From NCBI GenBank assembly GCA_951406725.2, contig OX597822.1:49228001-49292000 (forward strand): a stretch of DNA of 64,000 bases. Direction: 5' to 3'. Source of the DNA: Octopus vulgaris (Eukaryota). This document shows positions 26,439 to 39,630 of this stretch, one piece after another (within the stretch, counting starts at the first letter, position 1; each line of letters begins with the position of its first letter). Below the pieces are notes generated by a model, which worked only from the letters and a program-made list of their open reading frames with translations, was not told the DNA's origin and made no database searches. A program made the position numbers and the translations under genes.

Positions 26439-27638
26439 ATGTAGTAGTGTTGACAGTCATGCTTCACAATTTTTGACTGTAGCAAGATGAGTGATTCTGT
26501 GCTATAAATACAGCTGGGTAGGCTCCAGAGTGCTAGGTTTTGCAAACTGTATTCTGACCAATCAGTGTGTAGTATCACTCAATTACTTAAGCTGATTGGT
26601 TGGTTGAGCTGATTGGTTTAGGCATCACGCTTTGTTGGACAGGTCAAGAGTCCTGTATCTTGACCCTGGCCGAAGCAGCAATTGTTGGGTTATTTTTAGA
26701 AATGTTGTAAATATCCTTTGTCAGAGATTTTTATATTTTTATATTTCAATTGTCATCATCATCATTGTCAGCACCTTAATTATTGTTGCTAGTGGTGATG
26801 GTGGTGGCAATAGAACTTTTAACCCAAAATAAGATAATTTTCCTGCTATATATATATATATGTACTTACATACTTGTATAGTCAAATACCTTTACATTTG
26901 TACATGCAAACAATTTCAGGCAAACTTACATCTACGACCAAATGCTTAACTACTGACACCACCGCTCACGCACGCACACACGCACGCACACACGCACGCA
27001 CACACGCACGCACACACGCATGCACACATGCACGCACACACAAACACATACACATACACTCAAACGCATAAATACATACTCTCTCTATCATACTCACTGA
27101 CATATAAATGCGATGTCATTGTCGAGAAGCAAGGAACTTTACATGCGAATAACAAGTTCGTATAATCAATACACACGGTAACACATTATACATTTTAGAC
27201 TTTAGCCGTATTCAGATTGGCGTGGAATAAAGTGAATTTTAGACATGGCTAGTTTATGGATTGGCAAACTTACCCAAAAATGATTATAGATATTGATAAA
27301 AATTGCGTTCAACGAATGGACTGAATAGATTAAAGAGCGGCAGAGTAAGAATAGGAAATCAGTGATTTCCTTTTATCTAGCATATTTTATAAGTTTTAAC
27401 GATTTACTACATAACATTTCCGAAACACCTTTTATCTTTCTACAAAGGAGAAATTCTCTTCTAAATAGAATTCTGCTCACAGATATGTGATGATTCACAT
27501 GTAATATCCACTAATTTATGATTTTTGCCACGACAAGAAGTGTGCACTACATTTGATGGGTGAATTATCCTGCGATTCAAACACATTACTTCAACAGCAT
27601 CCAATCATAACCTTCCTGTTCTCCCACTGTTGCTGCTG

Positions 27639-27684
<46 letters not shown>

Positions 27685-27812
27685 CAAAGGGATCTTCAAA
27701 TTACACCCGACCAGCGACATCACAGATGAAAATGACTGAGATGGTCAGAATTGAAACGAACATGATCATAAATGTTGGATCATGACTAACCCGAGACTAA
27801 CCGACAGCAGCA

Positions 27813-27889
<77 letters not shown>

Positions 27890-28466
27890 TAAACTCATTC
27901 TAATTTTAGCACTAGTTCACCCAGCCACTTTGAAGGGAGGGCAAGTGGATTATATCAACCCTAGTATTTTATTTTATCGAACCAGGAAAGAAGAACGGTA
28001 AAATTGATCCCGGCGGGATATGAAACCAGAAGCATTTTTCCGATGCTCTAACTATCCTGCCTGCTTGCTGCCCGTATAAGTGTTTTTAATATAGGAACAA
28101 GAGCAGCAATTTTGTGGGAAGTGGTGTTAGTCGAAAACATCGAAACTAATATTTAATATTATAGACGTGAAAGGCAGAGCAGTGAAATTTTGAACTCAGA
28201 ACGTAAAGAGCTTAAATAAATACCATTCGGTATTTTGTCTGTCACACTTGCGATTGTAATACCTTAATGATAATGATATTGGTTTCAAATTTTAGCACAA
28301 AGCCGGCAATTTTAGGAGAGGAGTAAGTCAACTTGCACTTATTTCATCGAACCCCCAAAATTAAAGGCTACGACGACTTCGACGGAATTTGAACTCAGCG
28401 TAAAGCGGGACGAAATGCCACAAAGTATTTTTCCAGAATGCTAGCGATTTTACCAAGACCCTACCT

Positions 28467-28537
28467 TAATAATAGTAATAATAATAATAATAATGATAAT
28501 AATAATAATAATAATGATGATGATGATGATGATGAAA

Positions 28538-28610
<73 letters not shown>

Positions 28611-28670
28611 TGATGATGATGATAACAACAACAACAACAACAACAATAATAATAATAATAATAATAATAA
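28467..28670. repeat. (AAT/GAT/AAC)n compound trinucleotide tract
   Basis: Directly visible. Confidence 0.97.
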
Positions 28671-29205
28671 ATGCCCTGATGCAGTAACAAGCAGTGGCTT
28701 TCATGGCTTCTGATTTTAACTGATTGGAAGTGTTATCATGTACATTGTTTTGTCTTGGTATAAAAGATGGGCCACATCAAATGTTCTGCATAATACTGCA
28801 GACCTGCTTGTCAGTTGCTTGACCATTGGTAGCTTACGATATGTGCATCTCTGATCAAGAGCAGAAGTAGCGGGGGAGCATCATCGCCATGTGCTGAGAC
28901 GAATTCTTTGGGGGTTTGGATAATTCACCTTTGGAAACGTGGGTGTTTTGTTCAATATCCTTAAACAACCCTTATTCAGGGACCTTTTGAACGGGATGGG
29001 CTACTCGACCTGAAGAACATTCTAACTGGGTCCCACCTGAAAGGTCATGCGCTGTTTATCTTGATATGAGATCACTATGTCGCGCACATATGGTTGTGAT
29101 GCATGTGCCTGGTGTACCCTTATCAGTCGGGTAGTCAATGATGTGTATACTGGTCTCTGTATATTTTGCCAGGTGTCACTTTGGTGGCATGCACTGCTCT
29201 CTCAC

Positions 29206-29210
<5 letters not shown>
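28669..29210 (+). mobile_element. ~550-bp non-coding interspersed element in (AAT)n (family D)
   Basis: Starts AATGCCCTGATGCAGTA and ends GCACTGCTCTCTCACT-(AAT)n. Near-identical copies occur elsewhere in the window. Confidence 0.85.
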
Positions 29211-29275
<65 letters not shown>

Positions 29276-29296
29276 TAATAATAATAATAATAATAA

Positions 29297-29630
29297 TGAA
29301 ATACAAAAGATGTGGCATTTAAAACGAGAACTGTTCCTGTTGTTGTAGGTGCCCTAGGTATGATAAAAATGGATGTCAGAAACATCTAGATAAGATCCCA
29401 GAAGAACCATCTCTCACAGAAATTCAAAAGATTGAGCTGACAAGTACTGACCATATCCTTAGAAAACCCTATCCATTTATATGTCTGTGTTGTATTACAT
29501 GAAGATATTTCACTATCTCCCCTCTCCAAGCATTCAGTCATACTGAAACATCTCTTATCCTTCACTCGCCTCAGGACGCTGGGTATGCCTCGGCAAGTGA
29601 CTGGAACAAAGGTGCATATTGAAAGTAAAA
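29297..29630 (+). mobile_element. R4/Dong-type LINE extreme 3' fragment; related 3' UTR piece at ~30400-30570
   Basis: MWHLK..PVVVGALGMIK...EIQKI..TST.HILRK.LSI C-terminus flanked by (AAT)n. Confidence 0.7.
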
Positions 29631-29656
29631 TAGTAATAATAATAATAATAATGATG

Positions 29657-29701
<45 letters not shown>

Positions 29702-29704
<3 letters not shown>

Positions 29705-30229
29705 GAAGTGTTATCATGTACATTGTTGGAAGTGTTATCATGTACATTGTTTTGTCTTGGTATAAAAGATGGGCTACAGCAAATATTCTGCTCAATACCA
29801 CAGATTTACTTGTCAGTTTTTTTTACTTTAACCAGTTGAGCATGTCCCTTAGTGGCTGACGATATGTGCATCTCTGATCACGAGCAGAAGTAGTGGGGGA
29901 GCATCATAGCCATGTGTTGAGAAGGATTCTTTGGGGTTTGAATAATTCACCTCTGGAAACATGGGTGTTTCGTTCAACATCCTTAAACAAGCCTTATTCA
30001 GGGACCTTTTGAGCGGGATGGGTTACTCGATCTGAAGAAAATTCTAACTGGGCTCCCCCTGCAAGGTCATGTGCTGTTTATCTTGATATGAGATCACCAT
30101 GTCGCGCACATATGGTTGTGATGCATGTGCCTGGTGTACCTTTATCAGACGGGTAGTCATGATGGGTATACTGGGCTTCGTATATTTTACCCCAGTGTCA
30201 CTTCGATGGCGTGCTCTGCTCGCTCACTC

Positions 30230-30230
<1 letters not shown>
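29702..30230 (+). mobile_element. Family D copy, 5'-truncated, with a 24-bp tandem duplication at its start
   Basis: Homologous to 28669-29210 and flanked by (AAT)n. Confidence 0.85.
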
Positions 30231-30260
<30 letters not shown>

Positions 30261-30604
30261 GTAACTAGGTATCAGGACGACACGGAAAAGGACCAACCAT
30301 GTCAACAGCAATACAAAAAGAGATCGAATCTCTGTGGACGGATTTAACATGAAGTTGCTAAGTGAGTAAATGTTAAGACAAAACAACCTAGGAAATTCCA
30401 GCAAAAAATATACATGTTTGTGTTGTGTTACATGAAGATATTTCGCTACGACCCCTGCTACTCCCCCTCCTCAAGTTTTCAGTCATACTGTAACATCTCT
30501 GATCCTTCACTCGTCCTAGGACGCTGGGTGTGTCTCGGCAAGTGATTGTAATAAACATGCACATTAAAAGTAAAAAAAAAAACACAAACATAAAATATAA
30601 TGAT

Positions 30605-31183
30605 AATCCTTTCTACTTTAGGCACAAGCATTTGTGGGGAGAGGGATAGTCGTTTACATCGACCCCAGTACTTGACTGGTACTTAATATATCAACCCCGA
30701 AAGGATGAACGGCAAAGTCAACCTCGGCGAGATTTGAACTCAGAACGTAGCGACCGGCGAAATACCTATTTCTTTACTACCTACATGGGGCTAAACACAG
30801 AGGAGACAAACAACGACAGACAAACGGATTAAGTCGATTATATCGACCCCAGTGTGTAACTGGTACTTAATTTATAGACCCCGAAAGGATGAACGGCAAA
30901 GTCAACCTCGGCGGGATTTGAACTCAGAACGTAGCGACCGCCGAAATACCTATTTCTTTACTACCCACAAGGGGCTAAACACAGAGGCGACAAACAAGGA
31001 CAGACAAATGGATTAAGTCGAGTACATCGACCCCAGTGCGTAACTGGTACTTAATTTATCGACCCCGAAAGGATGAAAGGCAAAGTCGGCCTCGGTGAAA
31101 TTTGAACTCAGAACGTAACGGCAGACGAAATACCGCTAAGCATTTCGCCCGGCGTGCTAACGTTTCTGCCAGCTCGCCGCCTT
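30605..31183 (-). mobile_element. SINE family B head-to-tail trimer
   Basis: Three ~183-bp units; ATCGACCCCAGT recurs at ~30658, ~30842 and ~31026. Confidence 0.88.
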
Positions 31184-31277
31184 AATAATGACAATGATGA
31201 TGATGATGATGATGATGATGATAATAATAATAATAATAGTAATATTTCCAACAGTCTATTCTGTTGAGTGTATATGA

Positions 31278-31324
<47 letters not shown>

Positions 31325-31649
31325 AACAATTTTACTAGAGATGATATATCGATAAAAATACCGTCTTGTGGCTAAACTTAAAACACATACCTCAATGTTC
31401 AGTGAAAATGTTTTATGCAAATGTATCAAATAACAGTGTTAATGAGGCTGGAACTAATGGTGAAAGCCTTGGCTCTGCAGGTGCCTGTGCTAAGTAGCGC
31501 AGGCCGGGTCGTTATCCGGCGACAGCTTATAGACTGAGGCAGAGTAGAAGGTAGGATAAGGAGGCCAACAGAACGGTAATTAAATGCTGGATAAGGAGTG
31601 AACCCAGTAGAAAATAGGAAGAATACTTCACCAAAAGATAACGTGAAAA

Positions 31650-33610
31650 ACATTGTTTGAAGCTGTCTCAGGAACTAGATCGGCAGTTACACATAACAAT
31701 GAAACCAGATGCAGAGGAAAGCAGGGCATTCTGGAGAGGAATCTGGGACCAACCTGTAGACCATAATGATGACGCGGAGTGGCTGCATGAAATTCAAGAT
31801 AGGTTAATAAATATAAAAGTCCAAGTAAACAAAAATAACTACAGAAATGATAAAAAAAACAGTTAAGAAAATTCTCAAATTGGAAGACTCCTGGACCGGA
31901 TGGGGTCCAAGGTTATTAGATAAAGATGAGAAGGCTTATAAAGGGATAGCGAAACAGCTAGATGAGTGCTTACGGGAAGGAGCAGCAGTACCCAGCTGGA
32001 TGACAAAGGGGGTAGACATTGTTATTTGCCAAGGATCGTGAAAAACGAAATGTTGCATGGGGTATGACTTGGAGAGAGGTAAGGGAAAACTGAACCACTT
32101 GCTATTCATGGATGACTTGAAATTGTTCACAAAAAGTGAGGTAGAATTGGACAGCCTGGTCCAGCCTGTTCGTACATTCTCCGATGATAATAAGATGGAG
32201 TTTGGGCTCTCAAAATGTGCTACCATGGTGATAAGACGAAGATAGATTGTCAGGACAGAAGGCATAGGTTTGCCAATTTATAACCTCAGTTCAGTTATAA
32301 ATACCTGGGAATACTTGAAGCAGATAGAATTAAACACAACGAGATGAAGGAAAAGGCAAAAAGAGAATACCTGCGGTGAGTGAAAAAAAAATGGCTTCAA
32401 AGTTGAATGCCAGAAACATAGTTTTGGCAATAAACTCACACGCAGCCGCAGTAGTTCGGTATGACACTGGAATCCTGAAGTGGACAGAGGAGAAGCTAAA
32501 GGAGATGGCCAGGAAGTCAAGAAAGCTGCAAACGATACGTGGAGTCCATCATTCACGTGTAGACACTGATCGCCTATACATGAAGAAAGCAATTGGAGGA
32601 AGAGGACTGATTAGTGTAGAAGACTGTGTACGTATCTAACTCAAGAGCTTAATGATGTACCTAGCCAAAAGTAAGAAAACCAAAAGTAAGAAAACCGGAT
32701 GGGAGCGAGGGAGTATCGAAAGCAGAAAACAAAAGAAAAACGAAGTACAAAAAGGACACGAAGAAGAATTACGCAACAAGAGACTACACAATCAATTCCA
32801 TAAAGCCACAACAGAAGTTGCTGGAAAAATAGGTGGGATTGATTGACGAAAGGAACACTAAAAGAAGAGACCGAAAGCACTATAATGGTAGCACAAGACC
32901 AAACTTTGGCCACGACCTGGAGGGTCAACCCTTGGAATGAGCAAGTGTCTCTGCTGAACCGCATCTGTAATAGAGTGGATAAAGCCATTGCCTATATGAC
33001 AAACGAATGCCCTAGACTTGCCCAAAACCACTACAAGTTGTAGCGACATGATCAGGTAGAGAAAGTGCTACGTTGAAAACTATGCAAAAAGTGGGGGCTA
33101 GAGAAAGGCAAGACGTGGTATGAGAACAAACCGCAGAGACTGGTAGAGTCGATGACTAGCAAAATCCTCAGGGATTTCCCAATCCAAACAGATCAGGTGC
33201 TAGAGTATAACAGACCGGACCTAGTGGTGGTGGACAAGGTGCACCACATATGCTATGTAGTTGACGTTGCATGCCCCTTTGACCCACAAATAGTCAAGAA
33301 GGAAGGAGAAAACATAGATAAATACAACCCTCTTAAGTACGAAATAGCTCGGCTATGGAAAATGATGAAAGTGAAGATAGAGCCAATTATTTTTGGGTCC
33401 TTGGGAACAGTATCACAAGGCATCAAGAAAAATATAAAGGAAATTAGAATAGATTGCCCAATGGAACTGTTACAAAAGATTTGTTTCCTTGGCACGGCCA
33501 GAATAATCAGGAAAGTATTAGCTGAAAAGAACAGATATCATGGTACCGTAGGCTGCAGGTAGAGGACCGCTAAGGATGCAAGACACCCAGGAGTTCCAAC
33601 AAAACCTGTG
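31650..33610 (+). mobile_element. R4/Dong-clade RLE non-LTR retrotransposon, degenerate and internally deleted
   Basis: RT motif NHLLFMDDLKLF and MEFGLSKCA, GGRGLISVEDC, AQDQTL, degenerate CCHC, RHDQV, and RLE motif NRPDLVVVDK...VVDVACPFD. Ends in (AAT)n. Confidence 0.9.
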
Positions 33611-33615
33611 ATAAA

Positions 33616-33700
<85 letters not shown>

Positions 33701-33704
<4 letters not shown>

Positions 33705-34256
33705 GCCCTGATGCAGTACCAGGCAGTGGCTCTCATGGCTTGATCTTGACTGATTGGAAGTGTTATCATGTACATTGTTTTGTCTTGGTATAAAAGATGG
33801 GCTACAGCAAATATTCTGCTCAATACCACAGATTTGCTTGTCAGTTGTTTGACCATAACCAGTTGAGCATGTCCCTTAGTGGCTGACGATATGTGCATCT
33901 CTGATCACGAGCAGAAGTAGTGGGGGAGCATCATGGCCATGTGTTGGGGGGATTCTTTGGGGTTTGAATAATTCACCTCTGGAAACATGGGTGGTTCTTT
34001 CAACATCCTTAAACAACCCTTATTCAGAGACCTTTTGAGCGGGATGGGCTACTCAACCTGAAGAAAATTCTAACTGGGCCCCACCTGCAAGGTCATGTGC
34101 TGTTTATCTTGATATGAGATCACCATGTCGCGCACATATGGTTGTGATGCTTGTGCCTGGTGTACCTTTATCAGACGGGTAGTCATGATGGGTATATTGG
34201 GCTTCGTATATTTTACCCCAGTGTCACTTTGATGGCATGCACTGCTCTCTCACTCA
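33701..34256 (+). mobile_element. Family D copy, full length
   Basis: Same 5' start and 3' end as 28669-29210, with (AAT)n on both sides. Confidence 0.88.
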
Positions 34257-34271
34257 ATAATAATAATAATA

Positions 34272-34328
<57 letters not shown>

Positions 34329-34329
34329 G

Positions 34330-34545
34330 GATGACTCTTACGAAAGCTCATAAGTGGAAATCCTCTGGTAATGATATGGTGTCAAATTTCTGGTTCACAT
34401 TGCACATGAAAAATTATTTCAGTTATTCAATGAAATTATGAGAGATTCTACGAAAACACCTGACTGGTTAGCAAGACGAATTACTTACCTACTCCCGAAG
34501 AATGATTAAACCAAATTTTCCCAAAACTGTCGGTCCGCATATTGT
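34330..34545 (+). mobile_element. R4/Dong-type RT N-terminal fragment
   Basis: HKWKSSGNDMVSNFW...TPDWL...TYLLP. Confidence 0.6.
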
Positions 34546-34610
34546 ACCTTAGTGTCAATTTGATGGCATGCACGGCTCTCTCACTCAATAATAATAATAA
34601 TAAAAATAAA

Positions 34611-34666
<56 letters not shown>

Positions 34667-34949
34667 TAATAATAATGGTTTTAAATTTGCCACAAGAGCA
34701 GCAATTTTGGGGAAGCAAACTAGTCGATTACATGGACTCCAGTGTTTCAGTGCTACTTAATTTAGTGACCCCGAAAGGGTGAAAGGCAAAGTCTACCTCG
34801 GCTGAATTTGAACTCAGAATGTAAAGACGGAGGGAATGCCGCTATATATTTTCCCCGTCTTGCTAACGATTCTGCCAGCTTGCCGCCTTAATAATAATAA
34901 TACTTCCCCAATAGTCGAATCTGTTGTGTATATGAAAATAATAATAATG

Positions 34950-36050
34950 ACAATGTATGACATTGTATGAAGCCCACCATCCAAAAGCTGACATTATATG
35001 AAGCCCACCATCCGAGAGCTGGTATCAACCAGCTGTACTTGAGGAGAAACCTGGGTGGAAGATGCTTAATAGCAGTTGAAGAATGTGTACAGATAGAAAG
35101 AAAAGGCCTAGTAGATTTTTTACAGAGCTGTACAGAAAAATGAGTGATCAAGTATGTAGTAGGAGAACAGGAGAAGAACGAAATACAGAGAGAGCACGTC
35201 TGACAGATTGAAGAGAAACCTCTGCATGGCCAACTCTGGAGAGCCACTGAAGCCGTATGTGGAAGAAAATCCTGGGCTTGGTAAAACAAAGGGGCAATTA
35301 TAAAAAGAAACAAAGAGTATAAATGTAACAGCATAAGAACAAGCGATAAAAACAAGCAACTTGAGAAAAAATATATATGGAGAGAATGTGTCAGAAAAAT
35401 GTAGAGCCTGTGGAACTTGGAACGAGACAATGAAACACCTGGTGAAAGAATGCCCCAAGTTGGCACAGGAAGAATATAAGAAATGGAGACACGACCAGGT
35501 TGTAAAAGTTTTACACTCGAGACTGTACCAGAAACAGGGATTTGAAGCTGGAGTCGAAAGAATACTGGAGTTGGAGAAATATAAGATTTTGTGGAACGTT
35601 CGTATTCAAACGGACAAGATATTAGAAAATAACAGACCGGACATAACGATTATAGATAAGGAAAAGCGAAGTTGCATACTAATCAACCCATCATGCCGGT
35701 TTGATTCTAGGATCGTAAAGAAAGAGGTCGAAAAAATAATAAAAAACCCTTAAAATTTGAAATAGGAAGAATTTGGAACATGAGAACAGTAAAGGTCATG
35801 CCAATAATAATTGGTTCATTGGGAACAGTAAGCAAAGATATAGACAAATGGTTGGACGAATTTAGAATAGAATGACCGGTAGAACTCCTACCAAAAGTTT
35901 GTTTCTTAGGGATAGCAAGGATTATCAGGTGGGTTCTAAGCACTTGAAAGACGGCTGAAAACTTGTGCACACCTAAGGTTATAGGTAGTAACCCGCTACC
36001 CACATAAATCCTACCAGGAATAAGACCGAACTTGAGCCAAACAAACAAAA
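34950..36050 (+). mobile_element. Second R4/Dong-clade LINE 3' fragment
   Basis: CRACGTWNETMKHLVKECP (CCHC), RHDQV, NRPDITIIDK and PIIIGSLGTV. Confidence 0.88.
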
Positions 36051-37086
36051 AAATTAAATTTGATAATTTTCCAATATTAACAGACCAAAAATGTGCATGT
36101 CTTTTCTGTTCTTTCATACAGTTTAATTGTTGCAAATGAGTTTCTTAATCTGAACATCACTCACATTAAAAAAATTAGAGAACATCAATAATATTAAACA
36201 TTATATCTTTATTGGCTTAACTATTTTAATTCTGTAGTTGATGTAGCTAATTAGCTACAGTTCATTACTGATTGGGCAGACTTGGCCTATGTGCGAAAGC
36301 AAGCCAGCTTTTACTAACTCATCTTTTCGTAGTCAAACCTGTACACTGCAATAGCAAGAAAAAAAAATGTTTTTCTAATAATATCTCGTAGATCATTTTT
36401 CATTTCAAAAGAAAGAAACCAAGTAGATGAACAGCAGATGAACATACATCACCATAAATAATATACCAGCAATCACTATTAATGACTGAGGAGACCACTT
36501 GATAATATAACAGATCCGCCGAATAAAAAACTTATGATCTCAAATATGAATATACTCATTGGAAAATGATGGAGACGTAAATATATAATTCTGATAATAG
36601 CTGCTGCAGAGACATTTCACAAACTTTCGCAACACACTATCCAACTGATATGACGACTCAATAGACATTAGCATTTTTTTTTTCTGCATATCCTCATATA
36701 TAATAAAGATTGCTTGCCAAATTATATCCTGAAAGTGTTCTACTGTGACATCCGTTTCTCTGCATACTCGTTATTATCGAAACGAATCCTCTTCTCCACC
36801 TTCACTCTTCTAAGTAGAAAGAACCAAATAATCTTCCAGAAAACAACTCTAGTGACCATAAATCATTTGTTTATTTTATTTCAATGATTGGTGAATAACA
36901 TTTCTTTCTTTTTTTTATTTTTATATTTCATCTTCAATTTTGTAAACTCTGGCAAACAGGTTTTAGAATAAGTGAAAGTTTTACTGCATGACTTATTGAC
37001 GTGTTGCTATGTTGCGTGGGTTATAGTAAATATTTCTAGATATCTATTGTTAAAACAGAACATTGAATATTTGTATAAAGACTTAC

Positions 37087-37155
37087 GGGACAATATAAGA
37101 AAAATGCTCCCAGAAGAATAATCCGCATCAACAACGGACTGGAGGCCTTAAGAAC
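37087..37155 (-). CDS. GPR158/CG31760-like GPCR, internal exon (ICL1-TM2)
   Basis: Not in the ORF track. Acceptor TTTCTTGCAG, donor CCC|GTAAGT, 69 nt, phase 0/0. Encodes VLKASSPLLMRIILLGAFFLYCP, containing the class C V-x-K-A-S/A-S-P ICL1 motif. Confidence 0.9.
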
Positions 37156-39429
37156 CTGCAAGAAATGAAAAAAGAAGAGTGGTTTCAGAAAAATACGAAT
37201 GAAAAAAAAATCTCAAAAATTCGCTAGAATTCCTTTGCATTTTGAAATTATTATGATTATATCTATAATAAAATAACAGCAATTCCTAACAGTAGTTCAA
37301 GGTTATATGTTCCGAGGTGAAATGTATTACAAATTAAAGCAATCTCATTATATTAAACTTGTATTGGTTTAATTGTTAACACTCGAAAGAATTTAAAAGC
37401 CGGAGTTAAATCCAGCAGAAGTGAAGCTCAGAACATAGAGGAAACATAACTAAAATATTATTTTAGAAGTATTGTTAAGGATATCACGACTATGTCGTGC
37501 AAAGTTGTTTTCCACCTCACAAAGATTTTTTTTCTCGTGTTGCCTATTCTGACATCTACTGCTCCAAACATGGTTTTCTAACATAGAGATAGTGCCATAC
37601 ATTTTGATAAATGGAACGTTAAATGAAATCGAAAGTCACATTATAGTACAGATTCACGTTTTGTCAATGTTGGACGAGGGAAAGGTTAAGTCGACGAGAA
37701 AAGGGGTTGACTTATGCCGAACGTAATGCGTAACAATAATTCTCCAACATCAAAAGCTCAAGTAATTTATAGCTGAAAGTTTGTCTTCATAAATTTGAAC
37801 ATCTTAGAATGTCACTTGAAAGTAGGCAATGATCGAGTGGGCAGAATTTTCAGCTTCTTGATTGAAGATGATCTCTGAATTATCATTCACTTTCTCACAA
37901 AGTAAAAAGAATAACGCCCGCAGCGAGGTACAAATGGGAGACACTTAACAATCACATTATATACATCTGACATAATTGGCCGACTTGAATCTAGTATTCT
38001 CATCTCACCAATTCGTTTCATTCATATCACTCTTAAATAGATTAATAAACACCACCAATTACTTTCACTTAAATAAGACTTTGACATCATACCAATATAA
38101 AAACTAATGATTTCTAACGAATGAGATCAATATTGATTTCATCATTCCAAGGTCGATGAGCTAAGCAGCAATCAAGTACTGATCGATGAAATTGATTGTA
38201 CATGTTATTTTTCTGAGATATGTGATGTTCAAAATGAAGTAGGTAATATAATTTCTGTGTTAATTGACGGTCAACCTTTATATTGTAGCTTAAATACCGA
38301 AAAGATGGATTTCACTTTTTCCTGCGGCATCAATAACAAATAGTTACCAGTTATATTATGGGGTTGATATAATCATCTATACCTCTTTCTTACATATATG
38401 TGTCTATGCGTCTGTCAAATAGCTTTATTGAACTTTTTCTTAGAATGTGCTGAACATGTGATAAAGTTAAGGAAGTAAAATGTCTGAAGATTTTGATAAA
38501 TATACTAATATGTGCGTCTAATCTACTTTACTTCAAATAGCAATCATAGTATCCACTTAATAATCAAATATACACTAGATCAATTAATCATTTAACTTAA
38601 TCAGAAAATTTAGTTTGGTCTTTATTTTTGCTATTGTTTGTTTTGCTGAGTGGAATATCGATTACCGCTAAAGTTTGTATTAAAAGAAAACAAAAAAAAA
38701 AACTCGTCTTTTTGTTGATTTCTATGAATTGGATAGCTGACTTTAGGTTTTATTAATGATTTCAATTAGGATTGCAATTCCTTCATTAATTGTATTGTCT
38801 GTTGAATGTTAAGCAAACGTTTGCTTTTCTTTAGTTTCTACTGTAGTTATTAAACGTCTACAATCTTACAGCATATATTAGATATACTAACATGACGAAA
38901 CCAGAGGTGCCAAACGAGCCATGATAAAAATCTAGTTAGAATTTCTAGAATTGAACTTTGCTATTACTAACTATTACTACAGCTACATCAGTTTAAAAAG
39001 AAGTTATATGAGAGTTCTGAATCTTTTCTTTATTTCCAAGTTAGGCAATATGAAATAATTAGTTTTGTATTAGAAAGAGGCATCAATTTAAAAAAAATGA
39101 GGGGCTGTAGTATTCGAAATTTATCTTGATGTATTATAGATATATATTTCATCAATATTATATGCAAGAACTACTGGACTGTAATGTATCTACTTTAGAT
39201 TCTCTGGCAATATACATTAATTAGGCAATATTTGGTTTGTTACCTTGGTTAAAAAAAATAGATGATAGCTTGATAAAGCTGACTAATACAACAGAAATAT
39301 ATTCAGACCTTGTTAAACATTTTAAGTAATAAAATATTTGCATACGTGCTAGTTTGCGGCGTGTATAATACGTGACCGAAGTATTTCAAGCCATGGAAGG
39401 TAACTGCCGAAGTTGGTAGTATCATGGTA

Positions 39430-39630
39430 GTTGGTGCAATGACGCATTGTGTATTGCTTCACTCCGTATGTCATTTGAAAGTCAAACAGATGAACGTGCG
39501 ACCTCGTGCTTTACAAGTTTGAACTGGGCCGTAACGCCGAGGAAGCGACCAAACACTTTTGTTGTGCGAAAGGTGAAGGTGCAGTTGATCACAAGACGGA
39601 AATTAGATGGTTCAATAAATTTCGTTCGAG
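39430..39630 (+). mobile_element. Mariner 5' fragment
   Basis: Alternative frame reads VLYKFELGRNAEEATKHFCCAKGEGAVDHKTEIRWFNKFRS (mariner N-terminal HTH). Confidence 0.75.

Noticed and set aside
30605-31183. Regularly spaced repeats suggesting a CRISPR-like array
   Set aside because: The units are whole SINE copies without unique spacers, the context is eukaryotic, and no cas genes are present.
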